DNA of 64,000 nucleotides. It comes from Eledone cirrhosa (lineage: Eukaryota). Within the stretch, counting starts at the first letter, position 1. The number at the start of each line of letters is the position of its first letter. Positions 24,729-44,269 of the stretch are shown piece by piece. The position numbers and the translations under genes were made by a program. Below the pieces are notes generated by a model. That model was given only the letters and a program-made list of their open reading frames with translations, searched no databases and was not told the origin of the DNA. The stretch spans positions 38,440,001-38,504,000 of the forward strand of contig OZ024747.1 in the NCBI GenBank assembly GCA_964016885.1. The letters run 5' to 3'.

Positions 24729-26119
24729 GTTCTTTGAGTCTCAGTCATTGATGTTAGTTAACTGGAAAGTTTGTTGAAATGAATATCAAGCCACCACCTG
24801 CAGCCTCAGATATTCAGGACGTATCGGAGTGTTCTTGCTGTTCCCAGCAAGCATGCCTTTTGAAGCGTTCCAAAAAGCGTGGCGGGGCCAATTTTCCTTA
24901 ACCATCCCTTTAAAATGTTTGAGATAGTTCCTAGTACGCCAAAGACAATCGGGACTACTTTGACTTCATGGCAGTTCCAAATCCTTTTTACCTCCCACTT
25001 TAAGTCCTGGTATCGCTTAATTTTCTTCTCCCTCTCCTTCTCTTGCACTCTCGTGTCGAATGTGCAGGCCACATCCACCATCAGGCACGATCTTTTTTCC
25101 TTGTCCAAAACCACCAGTTCAGGTCTATTGTGTTCCAGTTTCTTGTCCGTCTGTATCCTAAAATCCCACAGCACCTTCACCTGATCGTTTTCTATCACCG
25201 ACTCTGGCTTATGCTCATACCACTTCTCAGAATGTGGTAAATTGTTTTCTTTGCATAGGTGCCAGTGGATCACCCTGCCCATCACATCATGTATCCAGCC
25301 CTTATAGTGAGTCTGGGCTAGGTGCTTACACTCGGAGACAATGTTAGCCACAGTCTCCTCTCTCCACAGATCCTGCACAGTGGGATAGCCTCCTCCTTGT
25401 AAATATGGTGATTCAGCCACTTTGTGTTGAGGGCCTGCTCTTGGGAAGCCATTAGCATTCCTTCTGTAGCCTTTTTAAGGTCTCCTCTTTTCAACCAGTT
25501 CCATGTCTGTGGATCTCTGAATTCCGTTTTCTCAAAGAAGGTACTATGAAGGGATTTTCATGAAGGCTGCTCTTTCTCCTTGTTGTTATTTCCTCCTTGG
25601 ACATCCCCTGGTCTATTGTCCTCTCCTTCAATACAATTCCAGGCATTGGCTCCTTACTTTAAGTCACATATTTGTGTAGGTTGTTTTTCTCCATCTGAAT
25701 ACAGTCCTCCATGCTGATAAGACCTCTTCCACCTTCAGATCTCCTTAAGTAGAATCTATCGACATCACTCCTCTTGTGGAACATGTTGTAGATATTCAAT
25801 AGCTTCTTAGTTTTCCTATCCATTTCTTTTTGTTCAGCAACATTCCATCTCAGAATTCCCGCACTGTACCTAATAATAGACACAGCTCGGGAATTTACTG
25901 CACGTATGGCATTCCTACTGTTCAGGTGTGACTTTAATACGCTCTTTACTCTCCGAATGTATACAGATCATATCAATTCCTTCATTTTTTTGTTCTTGAT
26001 GTCATCAGCCTCCAGAACACCCAAATACCAGTATCCTTCTTCAGTCTCAATTTCCTTTATCATCTCACCTGTTGGTACCTGGATTCCGTTGCTTCTGCTC
26101 AATTTACCCCTCTTCATCA
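24729..26119 (-). mobile_element. RLE LINE family A, copy 2 (5'-truncated)
   Basis: Same 3' end as copy 1 (...GTARTLRYVLNI*, 3'UTR, (TAA)n). Confidence 0.93.
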
Positions 26120-26144
26120 ATTATTATTATTATTATTATTATTA

Positions 26145-29100
26145 CAGCTGCATTTATCTTGCTTTATGTTCATACGAGTTATCACCAAGTCACAACCAGT
26201 GAACTCAAGAGACAACAAGGTCCGCCATGTTCAAGAATGAACATACATACTCACACATGCATCTTTAGGTGTTTAGACTTGTGATGTACTTCTATTGACA
26301 GAATCTTCCAATGTATGTATTGTGCAGCTCTGTCAAGCCTGTTTAGGTATTCGGTTGGAGCTATAGGACTGCACATTGAAATGATATGATCAATGGTCTC
26401 TGGTTGTTTTTTTACATACACGGCATAATGGGCTGCACCCATTTTTTATTATGTTGGCTTGGTAATTCTTTGTTGGCAGACACTGATATTGTGCTGATAT
26501 AATCAGTCCTTCATTCTCCGATTTCAGTCCAGAGGATGCCAACCACTGATGGGTTAAAGTTTTGTCAACATCAGGATTGTTAGCTCGTTCTGGTTATTTT
26601 ACATACAGAGGTTTTTCTTGCCATTTCTTAGCCAGTTTCTGTAGCAGTTCTTTCTTTTCAGTTACTTTTACCTGCTTTGCTTTTTCTGTGTTTTCCATTT
26701 CAGCAGTAAATGGGACTTCTGAAATGTGTAGTCCATTACTGTATCTTTGTGCATCTTTTGTAATGGAATATGATCTTTTGATGCTTTCGTGTTTCAAAAC
26801 GAGTTTGATCATCCAATCATGTGATTCCCTTAGATATGTAGATAATTCAATTGTTGCAGTTTTCAACGCAATATCTAACTGGATTAACCCACTTCCTCCT
26901 GCTTTCATAGAGAGATATATTCTATCTGTATCTGCCTTAGGCTGATGCATTCTGTCCATGGTTAAGAATTTTTGAATATTTGTATCGAGCCTACGGATCT
27001 CTGTGCTTGACCAGTTGATGACATTGTAAATGTAGGTTACTTCTGGTATGGGAAGCGTGTTTATGGTATCGATCCTATTCCTTGCATTCAATTCCGTTCT
27101 TTAGATTGCTCTTACTCTACGGTAACATTCCTTCCTTATCCTTTCCCTCATCATCGAGTGCTTGATTCCGTCTCCTTCACAAACACCTAGATATTTGTAA
27201 GTTTCCTCTTGATCAAGTTCTCTTATCACATTCCCCCGATCAAGATTAATATCTGAACTTTTCAGCAGCTTTCCTCTGGTGAACGTTGCTTTGGCGCATT
27301 TATCTAGTCGAAACTCCATTTTAATGTCATCACTGAACTGCTCCACAGTGGATAATAGCCCTTGCAATTGTTCATCATTTTTTGCAAATAGTTTCAGGTC
27401 ATCCATGTAGAACAAGTGATTAATGGTTTTGTCATAGACTTTATATCCATGTTTTGTTTCTTTGAGCATTTTACTTAATGGTATAAGTGCGATGCAGAAT
27501 AAAAGCGGTGATAAAGTGTCACCAGGAAAAATTCCACAATTAATATTTACTTCTCCAGCTTCCAGTGATTTTTTTTCACTATTCAAACGGAGTGTCTTTT
27601 TCCAAGTCTTCATACTGAATGACAGGAACCTTCTGACAACGGGAAATATTTTGAAAATCTCTCAACATTTTTCAATCCAACTGTGTTGCAATCTATCGCA
27701 TGCATTTTTCTAATCTATCCAAGCAATTGATAGATTTTTGTGTCTATTATGACCATCTTCCTTTATCATTTTGTTAGCCAAAAGATGGCCTTTACAGCCA
27801 TATGAGTCTCGTTTACTCCCTTTGTGTTCATTGGCAAATATATCATTTGTTATCAGGTGGTCATATGTATATTCAGTTAGGACTGATGTTAACATTTTAT
27901 ACATTCTGGTCAAGCAAGTTATCGGTCTGTAATTTTGGGGATTGTTTGTCTCATCATTCTTCGGAAGCAGGAATGTAATGCCGTTAACTAGCCAGTATGG
28001 TATCTTTTCTGGCTCCTTAACTATTTCATTGTAAAGTTGGTCTAACAGCTCATGAGACTCTGTGAAGGCATTTATCCAAAAATTTTGTATTTTGTGTTTT
28101 CCTGGGGATTTCCTTTTGCTGGTTTTTCTAAGAGCCAAACGCAACTGTTCAACGGTTATATTTTCCCATGTTTGTTCCTCAAGGTGAGCTGTATCTTTCA
28201 TTCATCTGTCTATCCATGGGGCATGTATATTATGAACATTTTCTTCGTCCCAGATCTTTTCCCAGAATTCTTGCACTTCCTCCTTGGGTGGTATTGATTT
28301 AGCAGTTATTGTTGACTTGCCAATTTTTCTGTAGAAGTCTCTTTGGTTGTTTTTGAACATATTATTGTCCTTATAGAATCTAGATCGTTTTTCAAAGCGC
28401 CTTATACGAGCAGCTTTGGCCGACAGCTTTTGCTTGATTATTTCTATCAGCATGTCTATGTCACGTGTTGATTTCATACTGTATTTCTCTTCAATTTTCT
28501 AAGTTTAGTTTGTTTAACATGTTCACCTACTTTGTAGTGTGTTAAATTTCTATGTCAGATCGGAGAAGGTTTATTTGGTGATTGATGTTCTCTTTCCAAG
28601 TAGATTTCTTGTGGGAATTCCTTTGTTTTTTCATCTTCACTCCACATAAGTGAGTGGTGACTTTAGCCGATGCATAATAGAGATGATTTAAATCAGTAAT
28701 GTTTAGTTTGTTTGTGATGATAATGTTTTTGAGAATTATGTTAGTCTTGTGTATTATATTTTCGTTCTGTTTGGAGTTCTGTATCTTAGGGAGAGTGTCT
28801 CGTTCCCCCATGTCAGATTCTTTCGTTTTCATCCATTCGATCATAATTTCATCCTTCAAGTTGGCAAGTTCATTCTCATTCATTTCTTTATCATTTATGA
28901 TCTCATTGTTTTCATTTTGAATTTCATCTTGAGCATCCCGGTATTTCTTGGTCACGGGATTTTCTTTTTTTGTTGTTTTTTAAATTGTTATTATCATGAG
29001 TGGTTCCTTAATGTGAGCATTGCGTGGCTTAAGAATGAAATTATTATTAATAATATAATATACTTTTTGTTGAAGTTGCCTGTTATTGTTGTTGGCTATG

Positions 29101-29935
29101 TCGGTGGTGGTGCTGGGGCTTTTTCTATTGTTGGTGGGGAAGGGGAGAGCCAGCAGTGCAACAGTAGTTGACGTTTGACCGGGTCACTAAGTCAGTCTAT
29201 TTATATATTTGGCTAGCCTCTCCCTTGTCTACTGATACCGCCACCTTCCTCTTTCTTATGTTAACAGACGGTAGTGGGGGAATAGTGGTGGTAGCAATGA
29301 AGGAGTGGTGGCGAAAGTGATGGGATAGTGATAGCAATGATGGAGTGGTGCCGGCGGTGACTAAAGTGATGGCGTTGTCGTTACTGAGTTTTGTTGAATA
29401 GACTGTAGTAGGATGCGTTTGTTTGATCTGTATATCTATGCGGTTTGTCGCGTATGTTTAATATATGTGTTGACATATTTTCCTAATATTTGAATTACAC
29501 ATTTTGAGAAAACTTGAGATACAATAATAGTAATTATTATTATTATGCTGGGATTGGTGGTGGTGGTGAAATTGCCGTTATCTGGCTGTTGTATTTAGTG
29601 TACACAGAGGGGTGATGGGATAGGTAGTGTATATAGGTTGTTGTGGTGTTGAAATTGCTGTTATTTGGCTGTTCTATATAGTGTAGACAGAGGGGGTTTT
29701 CTTCCATTTATAACCATTTTCTTTGTTGAATATAACATATATAATACAAAATTGAATATTTGAGCGATATAACAAGATATGATGGGTTCTCATTTCCTGA
29801 GAGCTGAGCCTGGTCCTTAATGTCCCATTTGTACTAAGAATTGTTATATCACAATTGTTTTAAATACGTTAAAAATCAAAAACTTATCGGAGCGATTCCA
29901 TAACAAGTAATCCACCACGTGCGTCTTCTTCCTAT
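26145..29935 (-). mobile_element. R4/Dong-like RLE LINE family B, near full length, degraded, with most of the RLE deleted near 26305
   Basis: NYRPITCL, GIFPGDTLSP, YMDDLKLF RT motifs; long N-terminal region to about 29.8 kb; (TAA)n tail. Confidence 0.9.
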
Positions 29936-29995
<60 letters not shown>

Positions 29996-30050
29996 ATTTA
30001 AAACTGCACTATCCACAAGTGTTTTTTAGCCTTCATATCATGTTCTCCTG

Positions 30051-30117
30051 TTTTATCTGATGAAAACACAAATATTATTGCATGATGATGTTTGTTTTTG
30101 AAATGCGCATAATAAAA
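30051..30117 (+). ncRNA. Type I hammerhead ribozyme in a 250-bp unit between two (TA)n runs
   Basis: TTTTAT-CTGATGA-[16-position stem II, one mismatch, loop GCAT]-GAAA-TGCGCA-TA-ATAAAA; palindromic stem III. Confidence 0.85.
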
Positions 30118-30240
30118 TACATGGAACTCCTTTAACCATCTTTTGATCTTATATTATGTATACTCCAGTCCTACAAACTGTAGAGTGCTTCTTATCCGAT
30201 ATCTGCATTGCTTTATTGTACTACAATAAAACTCACCTCC

Positions 30241-31845
<1,605 letters not shown>

Positions 31846-32091
31846 GGTCTTTGTAGAATTATGTATATACGTTCATACTGAATTTCGAAATAAACAGCGA
31901 CGTTTTCCATTTGATACTAAACAATGCACATTTTCATTTTGTGGTATATTTTTTGGTTCCTCCATCGTGCTTTGCATTTTTACTTCATTTTCATATAAAT
32001 CATCGTACTGATTATGTGTTGATTTGCAGTACCCTCCCTATCTCCCTATGATCAAATATCTAACTTTTGAAGTTTGAATATACTCTAATCG

Positions 32092-32101
32092 TACTACTAT
32101 G

Positions 32102-32153
<52 letters not shown>

Positions 32154-32243
32154 AACTACTACTACCACCACTACTACTACCGCTTCTACTACTACTACTA
32201 CTACAACTACTACTACTAGTACTACTACTACTACAACTACTAC
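32092..32243. repeat. (CTA)n microsatellite
   Basis: Visible trinucleotide run. Confidence 0.95.
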
Positions 32244-32571
32244 TTATATATATATATATATATATGTATGTGTGCGTGTCTATGTGTGTTTGTACAAATG
32301 CTTTTAACTACATTCCTGCCCATAATATGCACCCCACATATCTACGTAAAAATAACACATAATTCAAGTTTCTTATTTAACAACTTGGAAGATGTTGAGT
32401 GAAAATTTTAGGCAAAATTGTTACATGAGAATATGGGCGGGGCTTTCTCGTGAAAGTAAAGTAAAATTAGTTTCTTCGCTGACCATATTTGCAGGTTTGT
32501 CCTCTTAGTCAATAAATTCCAGTAGATCATTGACACTTACACGCATACATGTTAACACACACACACACACA

Positions 32572-36476
<3,905 letters not shown>

Positions 36477-36479
36477 CCC

Positions 36480-38945
36480 TTAGAAGGGCCCTAAAGAAAC
36501 ATAATCTCAATATTAAGATAGTAGAAAGAGCTGGTACCTCCGTAAAAACACTTATTAGCAAGACATACCCGTTCCAAAGACCCTCATGTATAGATAAGAA
36601 ATGTATAACCTGTAAAATAAGCCCCCATATTAACTGTAAAACTAGAAATGTAGTATATAGCATAAGATGTACTGAAGGACAATGTAGAAACAAAAATATA
36701 GTGTACATAGGTGAGACAGCTCGTAGTATAGGGGAACGAATAAATGAACACTGGCGAGACCTCCAAGATAATAAAGAATCATCTGTGCTCTACCAACATG
36801 CTAAGATAGAACACAGGGGTAAATTAGAGAGCATAGAAATAAAAATAGAATCCACACACAAGAAAGACGCAATGTTTAGGCAAATTACAGAGGCAGTAAG
36901 CATAAAAGAATTAAAACCAAAATTAAATAGAAAATATGAGTGGAACAGCAACATCACAACTTACAATTAAGGACAAAATGAAAACACACACACACATAGA
37001 ACAAACAACTTACAATTGAAAACACACACAAAATGAAAACACACACAAGACAAAATGAAAACACACACACACATAGAACAAACAACCAACCAACAATAAA
37101 TAAATAAATAAACAAACAAATAGAAAAATATAAATAGAAAAATAGAAAAATGAACACAAACACACACAGACACCCGGATGTGGCGCATGCGCAAACTGAG
37201 CACGCAACCCACACACAAACAAAATGGCGTAGGATAGAAGAAAGAAATCCCCAGTCACTGAAGAGGTCACAGAGTGTGTGACGAAAGAACTATGACTATA
37301 TATATATAAACAACTATCTGGTTGTGGAACCAACCAACCAACCAGAAATTTATAAATTTGTAAATTTATAAATATATAATAAATTAAATTGAAGTGAAAG
37401 CAACTGGTGCGTGTGTTTCTTATTGGCAACATGACCCTCCCAAAGTACAACAATATCGGTTTCAACACACGATTTCAGATAAAGAATCTTGCTAAACAAA
37501 TTCAGAAACGAAATATCGTAAGCCTTAGCCAGGCTAACAAGATACTGAAAACCACCATGTTCTGTTGTCTACGAAAAACCATAACATCTCGACAACTACG
37601 CTTCATAAAACTGTGCACCACTTCTAGAATCTACACCAACACCATCAATACCGACGTTAGAAGATTACAACTCACCAAAAAACAAGCAGATAGGCTAAAA
37701 CGAACTTTAATTCTAAACATAAAAAAGAAGATCTATAGAGAATTAAGTCATCAAGAAAAACTAAAGCGTAACCTAATACAAGAAATATCTAAAATCACCA
37801 CACCAGCAGAAAAACTAACATTTATAAGCCTTATACGCCCCGAAGAACAGTACATTACTCAAGAATGTAATAAGCACTTTAACAGAAAATTAAAGTGGCT
37901 TAAACAGGCAAAGCTAAATCGGGATACTATAGAGTATACCAATAGATATCCCGACAAAATTGACGGTATCAACATGGCCGACACCTCATTATCTGAAGAG
38001 TTCAACAATGAAAATACCAACATTTATGGAAACACGGAAATAGATAATAATGAAATGTCTGTGCTACGTCTGCCACCCAAATTTGCGACATTCAAGAAGG
38101 TAAATATGATTAGTTGTCTGTCAGAAATAGAAAAATCATTTACGAAACTACGCTGGAGCATCAAAAACAAAAACAAAAGCAACAATATACGCACACACAT
38201 ATACAACACACATCCCAACAACAACAGACACACAGACACAAACAACAATAACAACAACAATAGCAACATACCCAGATACAACAGACACGCAGACACAAAC
38301 AACAATAACAACACACACGGAGACAACAATAACAACAACACACACATCAACAACAACAACAATAGCAACATACCCAGATACAACAACAACAGACACACAA
38401 ACACAAACAACAATAACAACACACACAACAACGATAACACACACACACACGGAGACAACAACAACACACATCAACAACAACACACATCAACAACAACAAC
38501 ACACACGCATTCAATGCCTCTCACCACCACCACAATCTTAACAAACAGACAGACACAGAAAACAAGTAATGACAGTAGCACAGAAATCAGAGAAATAAGA
38601 GAAAGTAATAGGATTAAAAGGAAAAGGAGATGGGAGACTAAGGACAAAGAGAATAACCAAGACGAACACACAGACACACAAAATAGGGTAGATAACAACA
38701 TTGAGCCAGTGGAAAGAGACAGGAGTAATTATGAGAGACATAGAAACAACCATGAAGCTGAGGCTGCTGCTGTTGGTGGAAATAGAAACAACACAACTAA
38801 CAATAACAATAGCACTAGTACACATAAAGCAGCAGCCTGGAACTCTCCGTTTTATAACCCCTCCGATAAATCATTCGACCTACGACGAGTCCACGCCACG
38901 ACTTTGCCATTTAACAAACGCACGCAGTTGCCGTCGCAGGTCGAT
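36480..38945 (+). mobile_element. Inverted partner copy of the same PLE (endonuclease end, pLTR, ORF 5' half)
   Basis: 36480-37515 is the reverse complement of 33726-32672; then open from ATG 37431 and overlapping the main copy from about 37982. Confidence 0.96.
37253..37297 (+). ncRNA. Minimal type I hammerhead in the PLE pLTR (second copy - 32888-32932)
   Basis: AGTCA-CTGAAGA-G-GTCACA(gagtg)TGTGAC-GAAA-GAAC-TA-TGACT. Confidence 0.78.
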
Positions 38946-39300
38946 ATGTTTGATATGTTTGAGCAGAGTGTCCTCAGCGTAAGCTAGTAAAAGTCATACA
39001 CCCTGAAATTGGTTTCCAATTAATGCCTTCGGGTGCTGCAGATATTCTGTGTAACATGGTGATCATCATAGGGGAATAAGATACAAATCAGAATACAGCT
39101 CAGCACACGGGTGTATTTGGCACTCGTTTTTACACTGATATACTCACATTTCTGCTCTCCAGCAACAACTTGGGATATTCTGCGAGTCTTGAACTACTGA
39201 ATAATTATCAATTTGGATAGGCAGTCAAATATTCTTAGACTACTACAGATAAATTCTCTATCTACAGTATCAAAAGCATTTGACAGATCAACAAATGTCG
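38946..39300 (-). mobile_element. RTE-like LINE RT fragment
   Basis: Minus strand reads FVDLSNAFDTVDR. Confidence 0.65.
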
Positions 39301-39429
39301 GATGCCACTTGCTTTATTTTTTACAAGCTTATGAAAACGAAGTTGACTATTCCTCGATCATTATGGTTTTGAATTAATGTTTCCTTTCATAAATAGTCAA
39401 AAGCTTAAAGGTTGTCTCGAATGCGTATG

Positions 39430-39680
39430 CTCATCAGGCTGGTGCATAACCCTAGTTACGTCAAGTTAAGTGATTGAGAGTACATTGCCCCTCCTGGACA
39501 AGACGCCAATTCATCACAGGGTTAAACTCCCAGCTACTGTTGGTACTCATTTTCAGTATGTATACTAGAGTGACGTGAAATGAAGTGCTTTGCTCAAGAA
39601 CACAGTACATAAACTAATCAAGGAATCTAACTCATGTCATTGTGATCATAAGTAAAACAACCTTCCTCTAGGCCTCGTGC
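39430..39680 (-). mobile_element. SINE family 2 copy
   Basis: cctggacaagacgcca...ggtactcattttcag...ttgctcaagaacac matches 8500-8770 and 9190-9420. Confidence 0.65.
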
Positions 39681-40897
39681 CTCAAATTTCATAAACAGGA
39701 GCCGTCATTTAAGGAGAATATGGCCATGTCTAGGGCATCGGCAGCAATTGTTACGAGTGCTCTACACCAACAGTGTACACTTTGTGGCATACAGTCTTTG
39801 TTTAACGATTTTATTATTTTAGGTTCAATATTGTCCTATCTCTCTGCATTTTAACAGCTTCGTTAACCCAGACAGTTATCCTCGTTTTGCATTATATTTG
39901 TTTCAAATCATAACTGCTTTATCCGTTTATTTCGACATAATTAGGTTCTAAATTAATGGTTCTCGTCCGCGCTCCATCATTGTCAAATAATCTTAATGAA
40001 AAGAAGTGTCACCTGGTGATAGTTGATGCTATGAAACAATCTCTGAAGTCCTGGCCGACATTTGCTGCATCATAGTAATTGTACATGAAGACGGCTATCA
40101 AGAGAATGTGTGATGAGGAAATATTCAGCGTTTTGCAAGGCCTATAGGCAGGTGGAAATAGCAAATTATAATTACGCACTTCTGCACTTGATGTACCAAA
40201 TGAAAATATAAAAGACACAAACTGCATGGATTATGTGAGAAAATGATCAAAATTCAAGCAATGTGTAGTCTACAGAATTGTAGTAATCATAACTGGAATG
40301 AAAATCGTGCTGACATCGTTTTACTCCCTAATACCTTTTACACCACACCACTGAATGCGCTACATATGCCAATCTTTTATCGTCGTGTTCCTCCTTATAT
40401 ATGAAATCAATGCGTCTTGCTGCTATGCATGTATCTCAATCCCTTGCAACACTGCTTTTTCGACGAGACAGGCATCATTCAGTACGATAATATCTATTTA
40501 GTACTTTGGACAAATATGCCCATAATTTATTGACAGTCGCTGGGTTACTCCATTTTAGTTACTTACCAATGTAAATATAGTCTAAAGTACTGTCGATTAA
40601 GCTGCAAATCGAAAACTAGATTTATCGATTTTCCGATAAAAAATGATAACAAACACCTCTAAAAATAAGGGAACAAAAATTGAAAAGATTACTATGGTAT
40701 TTATAACAATTGAAAGTAAAATGCAAATATATAATATAATTTAACGTTTTTGAAATAAGTGTACTTAGGAGAATCTTGTGTCATTATTTCCTCTCATCCA
40801 ATATGTTATCTATTCAAAGCTATGGTAATTGGGAAGCAATTAATCAAAATACTTTTCTTCTTTATCTCTTTCCAATTACATATATATATACATTATT

Positions 40898-41002
<105 letters not shown>

Positions 41003-41532
41003 GTAGCGGCTAGTGTGGTTTCAAAAGATAGATTACGCCTGAATTTTAAATATTATACAAACCATGATCTCTTTTAGATTGTCTAGCAACATAAATGTGT
41101 AAGTAAACAACATTAAATAAATGTATTATCAATAAGCTGCAATATAGACATTAATGTTAATTAATGTAAATTAAAACTGTGAAAATTTTGTTAGATTTTA
41201 AAGTTATCTCAATATTTGTATGAGGTATATGAGTGTCATGAGCTGTTTCTTAGATGTGGATTCTGTAGCTTTAACTGCATGAGAAACAAATCATCGTTTA
41301 GTTAAGAAACAAATTATGGTTGATAAAATAACGAAGAATCCTACTATCTATCTACTAATGCACATTGTATTGATATCAAGATAACATTGAAATATGTTTC
41401 CTACTTAAAGAGACAAGGAGCATTCCCTCATTCGATAAGGCAAAGTAATTATAAATTGGTTATCCACCGTAAAAAGCCTCAACATTGATTTCGTTGATTA
41501 TATTACCCCCAGACATATTTATTGATCATATA

Positions 41533-42008
41533 CCGTATATGCCAGCGTACAAGTCGACATTTGGAGCCTAAAAATATTCCTCCAAAACAAGTGGTCGGCT
41601 TGTCCACCGAGTATAACCTTTACCACTCAGGTGTAAACAGTTAACTGCCTGGCTAATACACGGTGTACACCACTTATCATAACTCTAGCAGCCCACCACA
41701 ATTATTTGCTATTTAATTTCATATTTCTTAAGTCTATTTAACGTAGAGATTGTAGTGATATCAATGACGTGCTGCAGCTCATAGGGTGGGTTACCGCAAG
41801 TCCGTTAAGGTTAGGCTAGGCTGGTTTACTCAGTGTTTTAGAAGAAGTGACTTCGCCTAGAGCGCGCCACTAAATTTTTAAAATTATTTGCCCTGCCACT
41901 GCCTTATTTTCTGGAGGTCATCTTACCATAGGCCTAAACCTGAATTACAACTCAGAATTTGAGGGGTCGATCTATGCGCCCGATAGACTTGTACGTAGGC
42001 ATATACGG
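41533..42008. mobile_element. Non-autonomous Tc1/mariner-superfamily (Tc2/pogo-like) DNA transposon
   Basis: TIRs ccgtatatgccagcgtacaagtc / gacttgtacgtaggcatatacgg with TA on both sides. Confidence 0.85.
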
Positions 42009-42132
<124 letters not shown>

Positions 42133-43237
42133 GAATTCCAAACGAATATGGAAACCTTACGCAAATGCTTGCGCATTTGCGTATTATTAGCATGGCTTTT
42201 TTATGGGGGAGGGGGGATTGTCTCTGGGAAACACTCATTAATTATACTTAGAAGTCTATATGATACGTTGTAAAAAATTGTGGATTTATTCTCAATAAGT
42301 CTTTATGTGACAAGAAAAACAGATGGATGTCCCACACGCAGATACAAACAGTCGCCCACCACACACAGGCGCGAATATATATACCCCTCTCTCTTTCTAT
42401 CTCTCTCTATAAATATATGTGTATATGAACGATTCCAACCGTGACTATATAGAGCATTTGTAGATTTTTCCAAATTGAAGGATAAGTATTTACTCTTAAT
42501 TTTATTCTGAGTTAAGATTCTATTGGGTTTTTTTCCCTGGATTACACAAAACCTGTGGATAAAATTTCTGTCTTGACTTTTTTTGAATTGGGATTGAATT
42601 ATTGTCCCATATCTTACGTTAAATATTTTCCATCTTGACGTAATAGTCACTTATATGTATGAATTACTGTTGGCTTCTTGCTCACATTAATTACTCTATT
42701 TTCATTTATATATATATATATATATAAATATACAAATTTATATATATGTCTGTGTGTATGTATTTATGTGTATGTGTAGTGTATGTGTGCGTGTGTATGT
42801 GTGTGTGTGTGTGTGTGCGTGTGAATGATACAAATAAATATTACTCTGTAAAACACGAGACGCTAAAAAGAAAAGAAACATAAGAGGAAGAATTATATGT
42901 ACGAAGAACTAGAAAATAAAATATCAAAACATTTCAATAGATAATTTAACATGCATTAATTAATGGACTTTTGAGAATGGCAATAACAATAGGAAACATA
43001 TAGAAATTAGAAATGTGAAACAAAAAAAATATATGGGTTCTATATAAAAATGGAAAAGAAAATGAAATTGCTATTCATTAGAAATATCGTGGTGTGAATT
43101 GATTCGTAATGATCTAATTAATCTTTTAGTGTGCAACATTATTTTCTAAAGAAATAGTAATAAGTGAAAGAAAGAATGAACAAGCAATAGGTAATAAGAA
43201 AGAAATAAAGTTGTAAGAAGCTAAATGAGAACGAGGA

Positions 43238-43299
<62 letters not shown>

Positions 43300-43374
43300 A
43301 TATAAATATATATATATCTGTGACTGGGTGTGTGTACGTGTATTGGTTTATGCATGAATGTATACAAACATAAT

Positions 43375-43435
<61 letters not shown>

Positions 43436-43452
43436 TACGTATACATATATAT

Positions 43453-43750
43453 AAAGATGGCGTAGAAAATACAATGTAAGGGGAGGAAACAATAGCACCA
43501 CTGACGATGTTGCAGATGTGCAACGAGAGAACTTTGATAAACTATATATATATCTGTTTGCGTCTATATTGTATCTGTATTATTTTTGACCGTTGGTCAG
43601 TCAATGGCAACATTGAGGACCGAATAAATTAGATTACCGATATAAAAGACACAGAAGCGAAAAGCGAAAACCAACCAAACAGTTAGTGTGTTCTGTTATT
43701 AATTCTGGCAATATTACACAAATATGACCCTCTCCAAGTATACCAATATA
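43453..43750 (+). mobile_element. Solo pLTR of a related PLE family with a degenerate HHR (43492-43544), between (TA)n runs
   Basis: aagatggcgtag, HHR layout and final ATGACCCTCTCCAAGTATACCAAT (MTLSKYTN) parallel 37221-37455 (MTLPKYNN). Confidence 0.75.
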
Positions 43751-43756
43751 TGTATG

Positions 43757-43798
<42 letters not shown>

Positions 43799-43808
43799 TC
43801 TATATATA

Positions 43809-43836
<28 letters not shown>

Positions 43837-43846
<10 letters not shown>

Positions 43847-44269
43847 TAAACGGAATAGAAAATGCTGACAAATTGTTCACAGTTGAAAAATGGTTTAATT
43901 AGGAATAAAAGAGTATTAGTGATTGTATGGGTTAGTATTCAGTTGTGGTTTTAAGTTGTTAAGTTTTTACCGGTTGCGCATTTCTAAATGCTTTTCAAAA
44001 ATAATTTTGAGATAGTGTGTCCGTGCTGTTTGCTCTGATCTGAGCAAACAGCACGGACACTCTATCTCAAAATTATTTTTGAAAAGCATTTAGAAATGCG
44101 CAACCGGTAAAAACTTAAAAACTTAAAACCACAACTGAATACTAACCCATACAATCACTAATACTCTTTTATTCCTAATTAAACCATTTTTCAACTGTGA
44201 ACAATTTGTCAGCATTTTCTATTCCGTTTACCAATATATAATAACTTGTGTGTTACACCTCTATTCTTT

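Noticed and set aside
29500-29935. HDV-like ribozyme at the 5' end of the family B LINE
   Set aside because: Plausible for RLE elements, but no nested double pseudoknot could be identified by eye.
44075-44115. HHR-like string TTGAAAA...GAAATGCGCA in the palindrome and in the 19.9-kb PLE end
   Set aside because: No stem II and no properly placed UH or stem I.
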